Below are positions 12,633-23,493 of a DNA stretch of 64,000 bases, in pieces. The position numbers and the translations under genes were made by a program. The stretch comes from Gemmatimonadales bacterium (lineage in GTDB: Bacteria > Gemmatimonadota > Gemmatimonadetes > Gemmatimonadales > GWC2-71-9). A model generated the notes under the pieces. That model was given only the letters and a program-made list of their open reading frames with translations. It was not told the origin of the DNA and made no database searches. How positions within the stretch are numbered: position 1 is the first letter of the stretch; each line of letters begins with the position of its first letter. The stretch is from assembly GCA_037189525.1 (NCBI GenBank), contig JBBCJC010000002.1:1351450-1415449 (forward strand), given 5' to 3'.

Positions 12633-12634
12633 GG

Positions 12635-13009
12635 ATGACGTTGGCAAGCACAATGCGGCGGGTGGTGGTAGCGGGCGCGCTGGTAGGGTTGTTGAGCGGG
12701 TGCGCCCAGACCTTTGATGCAACCTCGCTGGGGGTTCCGGCCACGATGGCCGCCGCCGCGGGCGATCCGGCCGCCGGCCAGGCCTTCCAGGTCCGAACCC
12801 ACACGGTGCATGCCTTCTGGGGCGTGGTGCAACTCAAGGAAGCGCGTCTCGACCGCGCCCTTGCTTCGCAGCTGGTGGGCGGCAAGGAAATCGCGCAGCT
12901 CAAAATCAAGACGAAAAGCCGCTGGACCGACCTCCTGGTCACCGGCCTGACGCTCGGCATCGTCGCGCCGAAGACGGTGGTCTATGAAGGGGTCGTGATC
13001 GGGCGTTAG
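12635..13009 (+). CDS. Small lipoprotein, Bor/Iss-like
   Basis: Lipobox LLSGC; HAFWG and ITLG/LTLGI..P-type motifs resembling the Bor family. Confidence 0.6.
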   Translation: MTLASTMRRVVVAGALVGLLSGCAQTFDATSLGVPATMAAAAGDPAAGQAFQVRTHTVHAFWGVVQLKEARLDRALASQLVGGKEIAQLKIKTKSRWTDLLVTGLTLGIVAPKTVVYEGVVIGR

Positions 13010-13064
13010 GCTGCGTGGTGGCGGCGAGCGGGACAGGGCTCGCCGCGGTCCTGCCGGATATTGC

Positions 13065-14378
13065 CTAACGAGCCGGCGCTCTTTCCATCAGTCGTTCCAC
13101 CAGCTCCGCATTCCGCCGGGCGGCGCCGCGCTCCTTTTCGATCACGGCGAGCGCCGCCCGTCCGGCCTCCGCCCGGCTGGTCGGGTCTTCCAGCCATCGA
13201 TTCCACGTTTCCGCCAGCCGATCGGCCGCATCCGATGCGTCGTCCGGCAGGGCGACAGCGGCCCGGGCTTCCAGCAGGAGCCCGGCTTCCCGACTCGCAT
13301 GCCAGCGGGGACCCACTACGGTGGGAATCCCGCAGACCGCCGGTTCGAGTACGGAGTGCAGCCCCGCTCGGCCAAAGCCGCCACCGACATAGGCCAGGGC
13401 CGCTCCCCGATAGAGCCCGGCCAGGACGCCGACCTGATCCACGATCAGCAGCGGAGGAACCACGCTCCGGTCCGGCAACTCGGACAGCCGAGTACCGGTC
13501 ATACCGGCGCTGGCCAGGCGGGCAGACAAGAGACGGAGATGCGCAGGCGTCGGTTCGTGCGGCACCAGAACGAGCCGAGCATGGGCGTGCTTGCTCTGCA
13601 CCGCGCGCCACGCTTCGATCAGGACCCGTTCGTCTCCCTCCCAGGTCGATCCGGCCACCAGTGTCGCAGCACCTTGGGTCAGGTGTGCCAGCGGCCAATC
13701 GCTGGGCAGGTTCGCGACTTTGGCAACGGCACTGTCGACCCGCGGATCGCCGATGACGGTGACGCGAGTGGCATCCGCGCCAAGCTCGACGAGACGTTCG
13801 GCGTCGTCGGCGGCAATGGCGCCAGCTTGGTCGATTGCTGCGTAGCCGGCGCGGGTCAGCGCGCGCGCGATTGGGCGACGCCGGCCGCTCACGGGGCTCA
13901 CCGTGCCGGCAATCAGGCCGACCTTGGTGCCACGCCGATGCGCACGGGTGGCGAGTTCGGGCCAGAGATCGAGCTTGGTGAAAACTAGTGCGGTCGGCTC
14001 GAGCACGTGCAGCATCGCATCGACGTTGGCGCGCGTATCGTAGGGCAGGTAGTCGGCATGATCGACGGGCTGGCGCCGCGCCAGCGCTTCGGCGGAGGGG
14101 CTGAAGAACGAGTACACCATCTGCCACTCGGGGTGTGCCTCGCGCAGCAGCGACAGCACCGCCTCGGCCTGGAGTCCTTCGCCGACCGAAGGGGCGTGGA
14201 CCCAGAGGAGCGGACGGCGGCGATCGCGCGCCGTTTGGCTCCAGGCAGCCCAGCGAGCCACGGCCCCGCGGCGGGCGAGGTCGCCGATGCGCAACTTGGG
14301 CGCCGCGCCGCGGACCAGCGGCAGGAGCGTCACGGCGGCGCGGGCCGCTGCCCGATAGGCGAAGCTGGTGGCGAGCAC
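13065..14378 (-). CDS. waaA: 3-deoxy-D-manno-octulosonic acid (Kdo) transferase
   Basis: WVHAPSVGE, VAGSTW, VGGGFGRAGLHSVLEPA. Confidence 0.9.
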   Translation of the reverse strand: MLATSFAYRAAARAAVTLLPLVRGAAPKLRIGDLARRGAVARWAAWSQTARDRRRPLLWVHAPSVGEGLQAEAVLSLLREAHPEWQMVYSFFSPSAEALARRQPVDHADYLPYDTRANVDAMLHVLEPTALVFTKLDLWPELATRAHRRGTKVGLIAGTVSPVSGRRRPIARALTRAGYAAIDQAGAIAADDAERLVELGADATRVTVIGDPRVDSAVAKVANLPSDWPLAHLTQGAATLVAGSTWEGDERVLIEAWRAVQSKHAHARLVLVPHEPTPAHLRLLSARLASAGMTGTRLSELPDRSVVPPLLIVDQVGVLAGLYRGAALAYVGGGFGRAGLHSVLEPAVCGIPTVVGPRWHASREAGLLLEARAAVALPDDASDAADRLAETWNRWLEDPTSRAEAGRAALAVIEKERGAARRNAELVERLMERAPAR

Positions 14379-14506
14379 GGGTCAATGATAACCCGTCGGT
14401 ATTACGGCTGGCCGGTCGGAGCCCTTGTCAACCGGCGGCGACCTTCCCAAGTTTAGCCATGCCCCTGTGGCAGTCCTGTTCCACCGCAAACCGAGGAGGT
14501 GATCCA

Positions 14507-14569
14507 TTGTCTAGTGAAAAACGTCCTTCGAGCTCGAGCTGGGCAAGCGGTCGCCAGGAGATCGCGTAG
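14507..14569 (+). CDS. Candidate 20-aa sORF MSSEKRPSSSSWASGRQEIA
   Basis: TTG start 7 nt after the GGAGG of an extended SD (AGGAGGTGATCCA). Confidence 0.3.
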   Translation: MSSEKRPSSSSWASGRQEIA

Positions 14570-14641
14570 CTTCGAGAGCACGAGAGTGCGGCCTCGGAGC
14601 CTGATGGTTCCCGGTGGTCGTCTCGAGCTCGAATGACTCGA

Positions 14642-14684
14642 ATCGCGCCGTTCGCCGTTTTCGGCGGGCGGCGCGATCTTCTTT
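14642..14684 (+). terminator. Intrinsic terminator
   Basis: ATCGCGCCGTTCGCCG-TTTT-CGGCGGGCGGCGCGAT followed by CTTCTTT. Confidence 0.65.
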
Positions 14685-14741
14685 CCAGGATATCGCACCG
14701 CGCGGTGAATCCTGGGCTCCGAAAACTCGTACGACGGACGT

Positions 14742-15473
14742 ATGGCACGGACTTCCTATTGGGCCAAGACGCGTGCGCCGCGACACAGCCTGACCTTCGC
14801 GTTGCCGCTTCTCTTGTTGTACGAAGCGGTTGCGTACCTGCTGAGCGGCGATGCAATCGCCGGTGTCAGAAACGGCGCCGACGTCCTGCTCAAGAGCGCC
14901 TTCCTGTTTCTGGGCGGCCGGCACGGTCTCACGGTCTTTGCCGTGGTGCTGATCGGCATCGGCGCGTACCTGGTGCTCAAGGATCGGAAAAATGGTCCGA
15001 TCGAGCCCCGGCTCTACTGGGGTATGCTCGCGGAATCGCTGCTCTATGCGGTGATTCTGGGTGGTGTGGCCAGCACCCTGACCGCCGTCCTGCTCGGTCG
15101 GTTGAGCTTCGCGCTCGCTGCCGGCGCGTTCGATCAGTTCGGCTTTGCCACCCAGATCATGATTTCGCTCGGTGCGGGGCTCTACGAGGAACTGGTTTTC
15201 CGGGTCCTGCTGGTGTCCGGCCTGGCCTGGGTCGCGACTCGTCTGCTGGGTTGGTCGCCCCGGGCCGGTGCGGTGACAGCGGCGGTGGTCGGGGCGCTCA
15301 TCTTTTCCGCGTTCCACTACATCGGTCCCTACGGAGATCCTTTCCAGATCGAGTCGTTCACCTTCCGTGCGGTGGCCGGGCTCTTGTTCAGCGGCCTCTA
15401 TCTGACTCGCGGCTTCGGAATTGCCGCGTGGAGTCACGCACTGTACGACGTGGTCCTGGCGATCCTGCGCTAG
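14742..15473 (+). CDS. CPBP (Abi/CAAX-type) intramembrane glutamic endopeptidase
   Basis: EELVFR, FSAFH and HALYD motifs; multi-TM. Confidence 0.88.
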   Translation: MARTSYWAKTRAPRHSLTFALPLLLLYEAVAYLLSGDAIAGVRNGADVLLKSAFLFLGGRHGLTVFAVVLIGIGAYLVLKDRKNGPIEPRLYWGMLAESLLYAVILGGVASTLTAVLLGRLSFALAAGAFDQFGFATQIMISLGAGLYEELVFRVLLVSGLAWVATRLLGWSPRAGAVTAAVVGALIFSAFHYIGPYGDPFQIESFTFRAVAGLLFSGLYLTRGFGIAAWSHALYDVVLAILR

Positions 15474-15491
15474 CTGCCAGCCGTGTCGCGA

Positions 15492-16754
15492 TCAGGCGCG
15501 TTCCGGTTCGGTCGTGAGACCGCCGTCTGAGCGGAGCAAGCGTTTCACGATCAGAATGAAGAGCCCGGTCGCCAGCAGGTTGAAGGCGAGCGACAGCACT
15601 GCGACCGTGAGCGCCGGGCCGCCGATGCCGTAGCCGATACTGACCACCAGCACGCCGGCGCCGACTTCCCCGCGCGGAAACATCGCCACCGACAGGGCCA
15701 GTCGCTCGCGGATCGTCGCCTCCCGGCGGTAGCAGAAGGCCGGGAACATCTTCCCGAGATTGCCGATCAAGGTGATCATCAGCACGTGAAAGGCGATCAT
15801 GCCCGGGCTCGGCATGGTCGCCTTCTGAGTCATGATCTCAGCCGAAACGCCCTCGTACGGAAGGGCATGGTACTCGACGGCCGCGGATGCCGCGCCGGTA
15901 CCGAACACCGATGGCATCGACAGACCGACCAGGACCATGAAGCAGGCGGAGACGATGGTGGAGACCCGCTGCTCCGCCGCCGATTCCGGACCTTGTTCCG
16001 ACCCTTCGGTCGCATCGTCGCGATGCGGATCGGCGCCCGCGGGCCGAGCCATCATGCAGCCCAGCACGAAGGCGGGCAGCAGCACCTCGAGGTGGATCGG
16101 CACGCTCGCATCGATCGACTTGCTGAGCAGATAGATCGCTTCGGAGGCCGCGGCAATCAGCACGGCATAGCTGAGCACGAACGGCCAGCGGACCGGCAGG
16201 CGAATCTGATGCAGATAGCGCCAGGCCATCCAGAGCAGCGTGAAGATCACGGTCACGATGATGATCAGCTGCCACTTCATCCCGACCATCATGATCTTGA
16301 GCGGAATCATGAACAGGATGGTGTCCAAGTCGTCGAAGATGGCCAGGATGCGTGCCTTCTTGAACACCCAGGTCGCTGCGAGGCCGGCGGCGGCCAGCAT
16401 GGAAAACAGCACACCGGCGCTGGTCGGCGAGGCAAATCGGGACTCCAGGAGGGACTCCCGCCAGAGGTCGCCATGGCTCCACAACTCGGGCGGCGCCATC
16501 ACGTAGATGAAGTAGAGGGCGCAGAAAATCCACGGAAATGCCGCGGCGGTCCCGGCCACGATGTAGTCCCAGAGGTACTGACGAGGGCGGGTCTTGTCGA
16601 TCTCGAACTCATACCCGACGTGGATCATGATGAATGAGAGCGCGACCATCGTCAGGAAACGGACCGGCCAGTCGATCAGGTCGACAGGGGGGAGGATCTG
16701 GCTGGCGACGAGTCCGGTAACGAGCAGGAGGGAATAGAGCAGGACCTTGCGCAT
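15492..16754 (-). CDS. Cation:proton antiporter family membrane protein
   Basis: Many TM segments; AIFDDLD and MFPRGEVG motifs. Confidence 0.8.
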   Translation of the reverse strand: MRKVLLYSLLLVTGLVASQILPPVDLIDWPVRFLTMVALSFIMIHVGYEFEIDKTRPRQYLWDYIVAGTAAAFPWIFCALYFIYVMAPPELWSHGDLWRESLLESRFASPTSAGVLFSMLAAAGLAATWVFKKARILAIFDDLDTILFMIPLKIMMVGMKWQLIIIVTVIFTLLWMAWRYLHQIRLPVRWPFVLSYAVLIAAASEAIYLLSKSIDASVPIHLEVLLPAFVLGCMMARPAGADPHRDDATEGSEQGPESAAEQRVSTIVSACFMVLVGLSMPSVFGTGAASAAVEYHALPYEGVSAEIMTQKATMPSPGMIAFHVLMITLIGNLGKMFPAFCYRREATIRERLALSVAMFPRGEVGAGVLVVSIGYGIGGPALTVAVLSLAFNLLATGLFILIVKRLLRSDGGLTTEPERA

Positions 16755-16907
16755 GCAACGTTCCTTTCAGCCGCGTGAGCAGCGGCCCGAAAGGATGACG
16801 GCCCGATCATCCGAGATGGTCCCTGCAGCCGGATTGTTCCGACTGCACCCGGTGGCGATGTCGCTCGGATTGTAGCGTCCACCGGGTGTCGGGGCAAGCC
16901 GGCACGA

Positions 16908-18086
16908 TCAGCGCGTCGGGTACGGCGCTGTACGATAGGCGCGCAGGACGTCGCCCTCCGCTTCCTGGCGGCGCGTCACGACCCGGTCGTTCGAGAAGGC
17001 AATTCCAAAGTCTTCGGAGTCGGTTGGTCGGAAACATCGGGTCGGGATGCCCGTCTCGGTGAAGCGGACGTACACTTTGCTCCCCGACGCGACCGGTGGA
17101 TGAAAGGCGAGCCAGAAGCCATTGGCGGCGTCGGTGCCATGCCACGCCATCGCGGCCCGGGTAGGAGGGTATTGCTTGAGCAATTCCATGTCGGCTGTCG
17201 AGGAAAAACCGCGCTTGAAGCCCAGCTCGTGACGCTCACCGACGCTGTCACGATCGGCCTTACTGATGGGAGGATCAGTCACTTCGAATGTGAGTACGCG
17301 CTTGGTACGCCCGGAGGGATCCAGGATCTCGATTTCGGTTTTCCCGTCGTCGTGCACCAGAATCGAGTGGTCGGTTACGCCGAAAAGGGTGCGTCGGGGA
17401 AAGTTCACCCTGAAGGGGGACCGCTCCTTGTTGCGCATCACGATGCGAAGCTCCGGACCTGGAAATCCGGCTCGAACGACTTCCGCGCCGCCTGCGCCCG
17501 GGCGCCAACGGACCAGATCGATAGTGGGTCGATGGATGCCTTTGTTCGGGACGCCTTCGGTCATGCTATGGTTGGCGCCGAAGATCAGGGTGCCGTCGGC
17601 CAGTCTGCCCATCAGGCCGGCCACACCGAGGGAGGGGACAGCACCGTGACTGATCGATGTGGTAAAACCCTGATTGGTGAAGAAGGAAATCCGCGCCGTG
17701 CTCACGTCGCGCACGGCAATCGTGTCGCCGGCCCAGCGGAAGAAATACGAGGCGAGTTGAAATTCGCCGGGGCCGTTGCCCTGCCCGCCGACACGCCCGA
17801 TTTCCTTTCCGCTTGGTGCGATGATCCGGATCCGCTTGGCCGTCCGGTCGTAGACGATGAACCGCCCGTCCGCCATGAACAGATATTGTCCCGGGATGTT
17901 CATCTCCTCGACGACGATAGGCTCGGGCCATTCCTCCGCGCGGGACGGTGCGGTGCATGAGGCAGGATTGGCCAGGGCGCGGGCCAATGTCTTTCGGTCG
18001 ACGCGCACCGTATCGGTGGCCGGTACCTCGGGTACGGCCGGTATCATGCCCAGCAACAGGACGGCGAGAGACGGGGACCACGGCAT
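16908..18086 (-). CDS. Secreted 6-bladed beta-propeller protein
   Basis: Signal peptide; GGQGNGPGEFQ...WAGDTIAV.D motif. Confidence 0.7.
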   Translation of the reverse strand: MPWSPSLAVLLLGMIPAVPEVPATDTVRVDRKTLARALANPASCTAPSRAEEWPEPIVVEEMNIPGQYLFMADGRFIVYDRTAKRIRIIAPSGKEIGRVGGQGNGPGEFQLASYFFRWAGDTIAVRDVSTARISFFTNQGFTTSISHGAVPSLGVAGLMGRLADGTLIFGANHSMTEGVPNKGIHRPTIDLVRWRPGAGGAEVVRAGFPGPELRIVMRNKERSPFRVNFPRRTLFGVTDHSILVHDDGKTEIEILDPSGRTKRVLTFEVTDPPISKADRDSVGERHELGFKRGFSSTADMELLKQYPPTRAAMAWHGTDAANGFWLAFHPPVASGSKVYVRFTETGIPTRCFRPTDSEDFGIAFSNDRVVTRRQEAEGDVLRAYRTAPYPTR

Positions 18087-18390
18087 GGCGGCAGCTCCTC
18101 GGGGTCAGGCCTATCCTCTCAAGTATCGTGCATGGGGGCGCACGGCTTGAGGGAGGCATTGGGTGCCGTCAGGATGGCGCCGGTCGATCAACCGTTCCTC
18201 AAATGCCGGGACTGGTTAGGCAATGTCGGGTGGAAAGAGGGTAGAGAGCGCCGATGCGATTAGGATCGGTTGATGGGGTGATGCCAGTTTGGGTGAGGTT
18301 CGTCGCGAGGCGAGCCGGATAATCTGCAGGGCGGAGGCCCGATGAGGTCCAGGAACGGCTGGACCACCATCGGGTCTTTCCGTCGTGCTA

Positions 18391-18879
18391 TTACGGCGCG
18401 GTCGGGGTGGCCGCCGCCACGTCGCTGATCCGAAGCCAATGACCGTCAACCAGGTGCCAGTGAATCATGTAGGTGCCTGATTCGGTGGTCGCCGCGCGCG
18501 CGCCTGGCGGGGTGAGCGACAGCGTGTAGTCGCCCAATTCGACCGCCAAGGGGCCATGCCGAGTGACCGTTCGAGCCCGGGTGGTGATGGCGGCCTTGAG
18601 CTTGGCCATTTCGGCAACCATTCCCGCAATCGCCTGCCGCCCCTTGAACGGCGGCTGTCCACTGACCACGAGTTCGCCATCGGTGGTGTATTGGGCAGCC
18701 ACGATGTCGCCCAGTCCGGAGCTGAAGGCGCCATTGAATTCGAGGTTGAGCGAGTCGATGACCCGCTTGGCTTCGGTCGTTTCTGCGGCCTCCCGCTGTG
18801 CCGTTTGCTCCGGAGATTCCGTTGGCGGAGCTGATGAACAGGCGGCGAGCAGTAGCAATGCCGGGGCAAGGCTTCTCAT
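18391..18879 (-). CDS. NTF2/SnoaL-like (DUF4440/YybH) lipoprotein
   Basis: Lipobox LAAC; YTTDG...GRQAI; G.YMIHW...DG.W. Confidence 0.75.
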   Translation of the reverse strand: MRSLAPALLLLAACSSAPPTESPEQTAQREAAETTEAKRVIDSLNLEFNGAFSSGLGDIVAAQYTTDGELVVSGQPPFKGRQAIAGMVAEMAKLKAAITTRARTVTRHGPLAVELGDYTLSLTPPGARAATTESGTYMIHWHLVDGHWLRISDVAAATPTAP

Positions 18880-18959
18880 GGTGACGACCTTATGTGGTGG
18901 TTGAAGGCAGGTGTGTCGACAAGCATACTTCGGCATAGCCGGTCCAGCCAGGAGGGGGT

Positions 18960-20141
18960 ATGGGACGTATCGTCAATCGGGAAGGCCTCGCGGTCGCGGC
19001 TCTCCTGGTACTCGCCGGCTGCGGCGAAGGGCCGGACCCGACGGTCCGCCGCGACAGTCTGGGCATCGCGATCGTCGAGTCGAGCGCGCCAGTTTGGAGT
19101 GCGCGGCCTGCCTGGTCAGTCGACACCGTTCCGCTTCTCTCCCTGGGGCGCGAGGAAGCGTCGGCTGCGGAAGAATTTCACCAGATCGTCGGCACCGTTC
19201 GGCAGCCGAATGGCGACATCGTCGTCGTCGACGGCGGAACCCGGGAGCTGCGCACCTTCGACGCAACCGGTCGACATCGCTGGACGTTCGGTCGCATTGG
19301 AGACGGCCCCGGTGATTTCCGTCAGATCCTGACTTTGTTGCGCTGGCCTGGCGATTCGCTGGCGGTGTTCGACTACCGGCTGGGCCGGCTCACCGTCGTT
19401 TCCTCGACGGGGGAGTTTGGGCGGGTCGTAGCCCTGCTCGGGAACCATCCTGCCACATATGGTTTACAGCTGCTGGGCGACTCGCTGTTGGTGGCCAAGG
19501 CGATCATGCTTGGTGCGCTCCAGGGCACCGGGCTGACGCGTCTCCCCGCAGCCATCATCACGGTCCCGCTAGCCGGCCAAGGTCCGGATACGATCGCGAT
19601 CGTACCTGCCGAGGAAACGGTGCTGAGCGGCGACGGCAGTTCCGGCGGGGTGCTCTACGGCAAGGATGCCTCGGTTACCACGGCCGGGAATGCGATCGTG
19701 TTGGGTACGGCCGAACGTCTGGAGATTGCCTGGTTGGATCGCAGTGGGCGTGTGACGCAGTCGGCTCGGGTGCCGTCGTTCGACCTGTCGATCCCGCCGG
19801 AGGAACGGGAGCGCGAGCGGGCCTTCCTGCTCGGCGCCAATCGCTCGCCGAACGCGCAGGCCCGGCTCGACGCGATGCCGGTTCTCACCGAGCGCCCGGC
19901 GTATCGCGCCCTGCTTGGTGATCCCACCGGGGCGGTCTGGGCTGAACCGCACGTCCCGTTTTCGGATCGGGAGACCAATCGTCCCTGGCAGGTTTTTGCT
20001 CCGACCGGTGAGTGGCTGGGGCCGTTCCTGATGCCGGCCCGGTTCAGGCCGTTCGACATCGGTCGGGACTATCTGCTGGGCGTGCAAACCGATTCTCTGG
20101 GGATCGAACGGGTCCGGCTGTTCCGGCTCCAGCGTAGCTAA
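18960..20141 (+). CDS. 6-bladed beta-propeller lipoprotein
   Basis: Lipobox LAGC; VRRDSLGIAIVES; GRIGDGPGDF. Confidence 0.75.
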   Translation: MGRIVNREGLAVAALLVLAGCGEGPDPTVRRDSLGIAIVESSAPVWSARPAWSVDTVPLLSLGREEASAAEEFHQIVGTVRQPNGDIVVVDGGTRELRTFDATGRHRWTFGRIGDGPGDFRQILTLLRWPGDSLAVFDYRLGRLTVVSSTGEFGRVVALLGNHPATYGLQLLGDSLLVAKAIMLGALQGTGLTRLPAAIITVPLAGQGPDTIAIVPAEETVLSGDGSSGGVLYGKDASVTTAGNAIVLGTAERLEIAWLDRSGRVTQSARVPSFDLSIPPEERERERAFLLGANRSPNAQARLDAMPVLTERPAYRALLGDPTGAVWAEPHVPFSDRETNRPWQVFAPTGEWLGPFLMPARFRPFDIGRDYLLGVQTDSLGIERVRLFRLQRS

Positions 20142-20292
20142 ATCCGACACTCCCGGTTTTGGCGTCCGGTCCAGGCCCGCTTTGGGTCTCCCGCTGCCGC
20201 TACTCCCCTACATCCGCCTTGTCCAATCGACTAGGTTTCGTACCTGCCATTTTGGCGTTACTTGCCCCTCATCTTCGGTCAGGTTTAGCACC

Positions 20293-21402
20293 ATGAGCGA
20301 TTCGACGTCCCTTCTCCAGACCCCTTTGGTTGAGATCCACCGCACCTCCGGCGGCAAGATGGTGCCCTTCGCGGGATGGGAGATGCCGGTCCAGTACACC
20401 TCGGGCATCATGGCCGAGCACCAGGCGGTGCGAACGGGCTGTGGCGTCTTCGATGTCTCCCATATGGGTGAGTTCGAAGTGACAGGCCCCGATCGGAACG
20501 CTTTCGTCAACCGGATCACCTGCAACGACGTTAGCGCGCTGGCCTCCGGTCAGGTCCAGTACTCGGCCCTCCTCACCAAAGAGGGGACCGTCGTCGACGA
20601 TTGTACCGTCTATCGGTTCGACGACAAGCTGATGCTGGTCGTCAACGCGGCCAACCGCGCCAAGGCGTGGGAGCATATCGTCGATCTCAAGGGCGGCGCC
20701 AACATCCGGCTCCGCGACATCTCCGACGACATCGGCTTGCTTGCCGTGCAGGGCCCCAAGACGCAGGAACTGCTGCAGCCGATCTCGAGCGTGGCGCTCG
20801 ACGCCATCGGCTACTATCACCATACCACGGGCCGGATCGGCGGGGTGGACTGCTTCATTTCCCGGACCGGTTACACCGGCGAAGACGGCTTCGAGATCTA
20901 CTGCCGTTGGCGCGACACGGTGGCCCTCTGGGAGGCCGTGGTCAACGTCGGCGCCAAGCCGATCGGCCTGGGCGCGCGCGATTCGCTCCGGCTCGAGATG
21001 GGATACGCGCTCTACGGCCAGGAAATCGACGAGACCATCACGCCGCTCGAGGCCGGGTTGGGTTGGATCGTCAAGCTCGACAAGGGCGCTCCGTTCGTCG
21101 GCGCCGAGGCGCTCAGGTCGCAGAAGGAACGCGGGGTGACCCGCCGGTTGGTGGGCTTCAAGCTGCTGGGCCGAGGCGTGCCCCGCCCGGGCTATCCGGT
21201 CTGGATCGACGGCCGCCAGGTCGATCAGGTGCGCAGCGGGAGCCAGAGCCCCTCGCTCGGTGCGCCGATCGGGACCACGTTCCTGCCGGCTGCGCAGGCC
21301 AAGGTCGGAACCCGGTTCGAAGTCGAGTGCCGCGGTGAGCGGATCCCGGCCGAAGTGGTCAAGCGCCCCTTCTGGGACAAGGGGTCGGTCCGTAAGGCCT
21401 GA
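20293..21402 (+). CDS. gcvT: Glycine cleavage system aminomethyltransferase T
   Basis: [43 protein letters not shown]. Confidence 0.96.
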   Translation: MSDSTSLLQTPLVEIHRTSGGKMVPFAGWEMPVQYTSGIMAEHQAVRTGCGVFDVSHMGEFEVTGPDRNAFVNRITCNDVSALASGQVQYSALLTKEGTVVDDCTVYRFDDKLMLVVNAANRAKAWEHIVDLKGGANIRLRDISDDIGLLAVQGPKTQELLQPISSVALDAIGYYHHTTGRIGGVDCFISRTGYTGEDGFEIYCRWRDTVALWEAVVNVGAKPIGLGARDSLRLEMGYALYGQEIDETITPLEAGLGWIVKLDKGAPFVGAEALRSQKERGVTRRLVGFKLLGRGVPRPGYPVWIDGRQVDQVRSGSQSPSLGAPIGTTFLPAAQAKVGTRFEVECRGERIPAEVVKRPFWDKGSVRKA

Positions 21403-21403
21403 G

Positions 21404-21896
21404 ATGAGCGGGGGGCGTCCGGTCCGGGTGGCCATCCTCACCGTCTCCGACGCCGGTGTGCGCGGCGAGCGTGCGGATACCTCGGGCGACGCCATCGCGG
21501 CGTGGGCGGCCGAGCGCGGCTACCCGATCGCAGCCCGCGCGCTGGTGGCGGATGAGGTGGCGCAGATCGTTCCGGTGCTGTTGCAGTGGGCCGATCGGGA
21601 CGTGGCCGATCTCATCCTCACCACGGGCGGCACCGGTTTGACGGCGCGTGACGTAACGCCCGAGGCCACCCGTGTCGTGCTCGAGAAGGAAGCGCCCGGC
21701 ATTGCCGAGGCCATTCGGATGACCGGGTACCGGGAGTTCCCCAGGGCGGTGCTCTCGCGGGGGCTGTCCGGAAGCCGGGCGCGGAGCCTCATCGTCAATT
21801 TGCCGGGAAGTACCGGTGGGGTCCGCGACGGACTCGCGGTGCTGTCACCGCTGGTCGAACACGCCGTGGATCTGCTGCAGGGAGTACGAACCGGGC

Positions 21897-21904
<8 letters not shown>
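21404..21904 (+). CDS. MogA/MoaB-family molybdopterin adenylyltransferase
   Basis: ILTVSD, TTGGTG...RDVTPEA, VNLPGS. Confidence 0.9.
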
Positions 21905-23396
<1,492 letters not shown>

Positions 23397-23493
23397 CGGG
23401 CCAGGTGTAAAAAAATAAGGCACTGGAACTTGACTTTGATCCGATCAATGTTGATCGTTCTTGCGTCACCCCCAGAGCCATTCAGGGCGTAGC

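Larger units (their letters stand above)
14460..14684 (+). ncRNA. Putative structured small transcript (sRNA or sORF mRNA)
   Basis: TTGTCA -35-like box at 14425; 16-bp long-range stem 14523-14538/14622-14637 enclosing nested hairpins; own terminator. Confidence 0.5.

Noticed and set aside
14494..14506. Possible 16S rRNA gene fragment on the minus strand
   Set aside because: The match is limited to 13 nt and the flanks do not continue as 16S; kept as a complementary motif instead.
23400..23493. Sigma54 -24/-12 promoter before the DGC (GGCAC/TGGAAC-like words); also checked before the peptide gene
   Set aside because: No GG-N10-GC spacing found.
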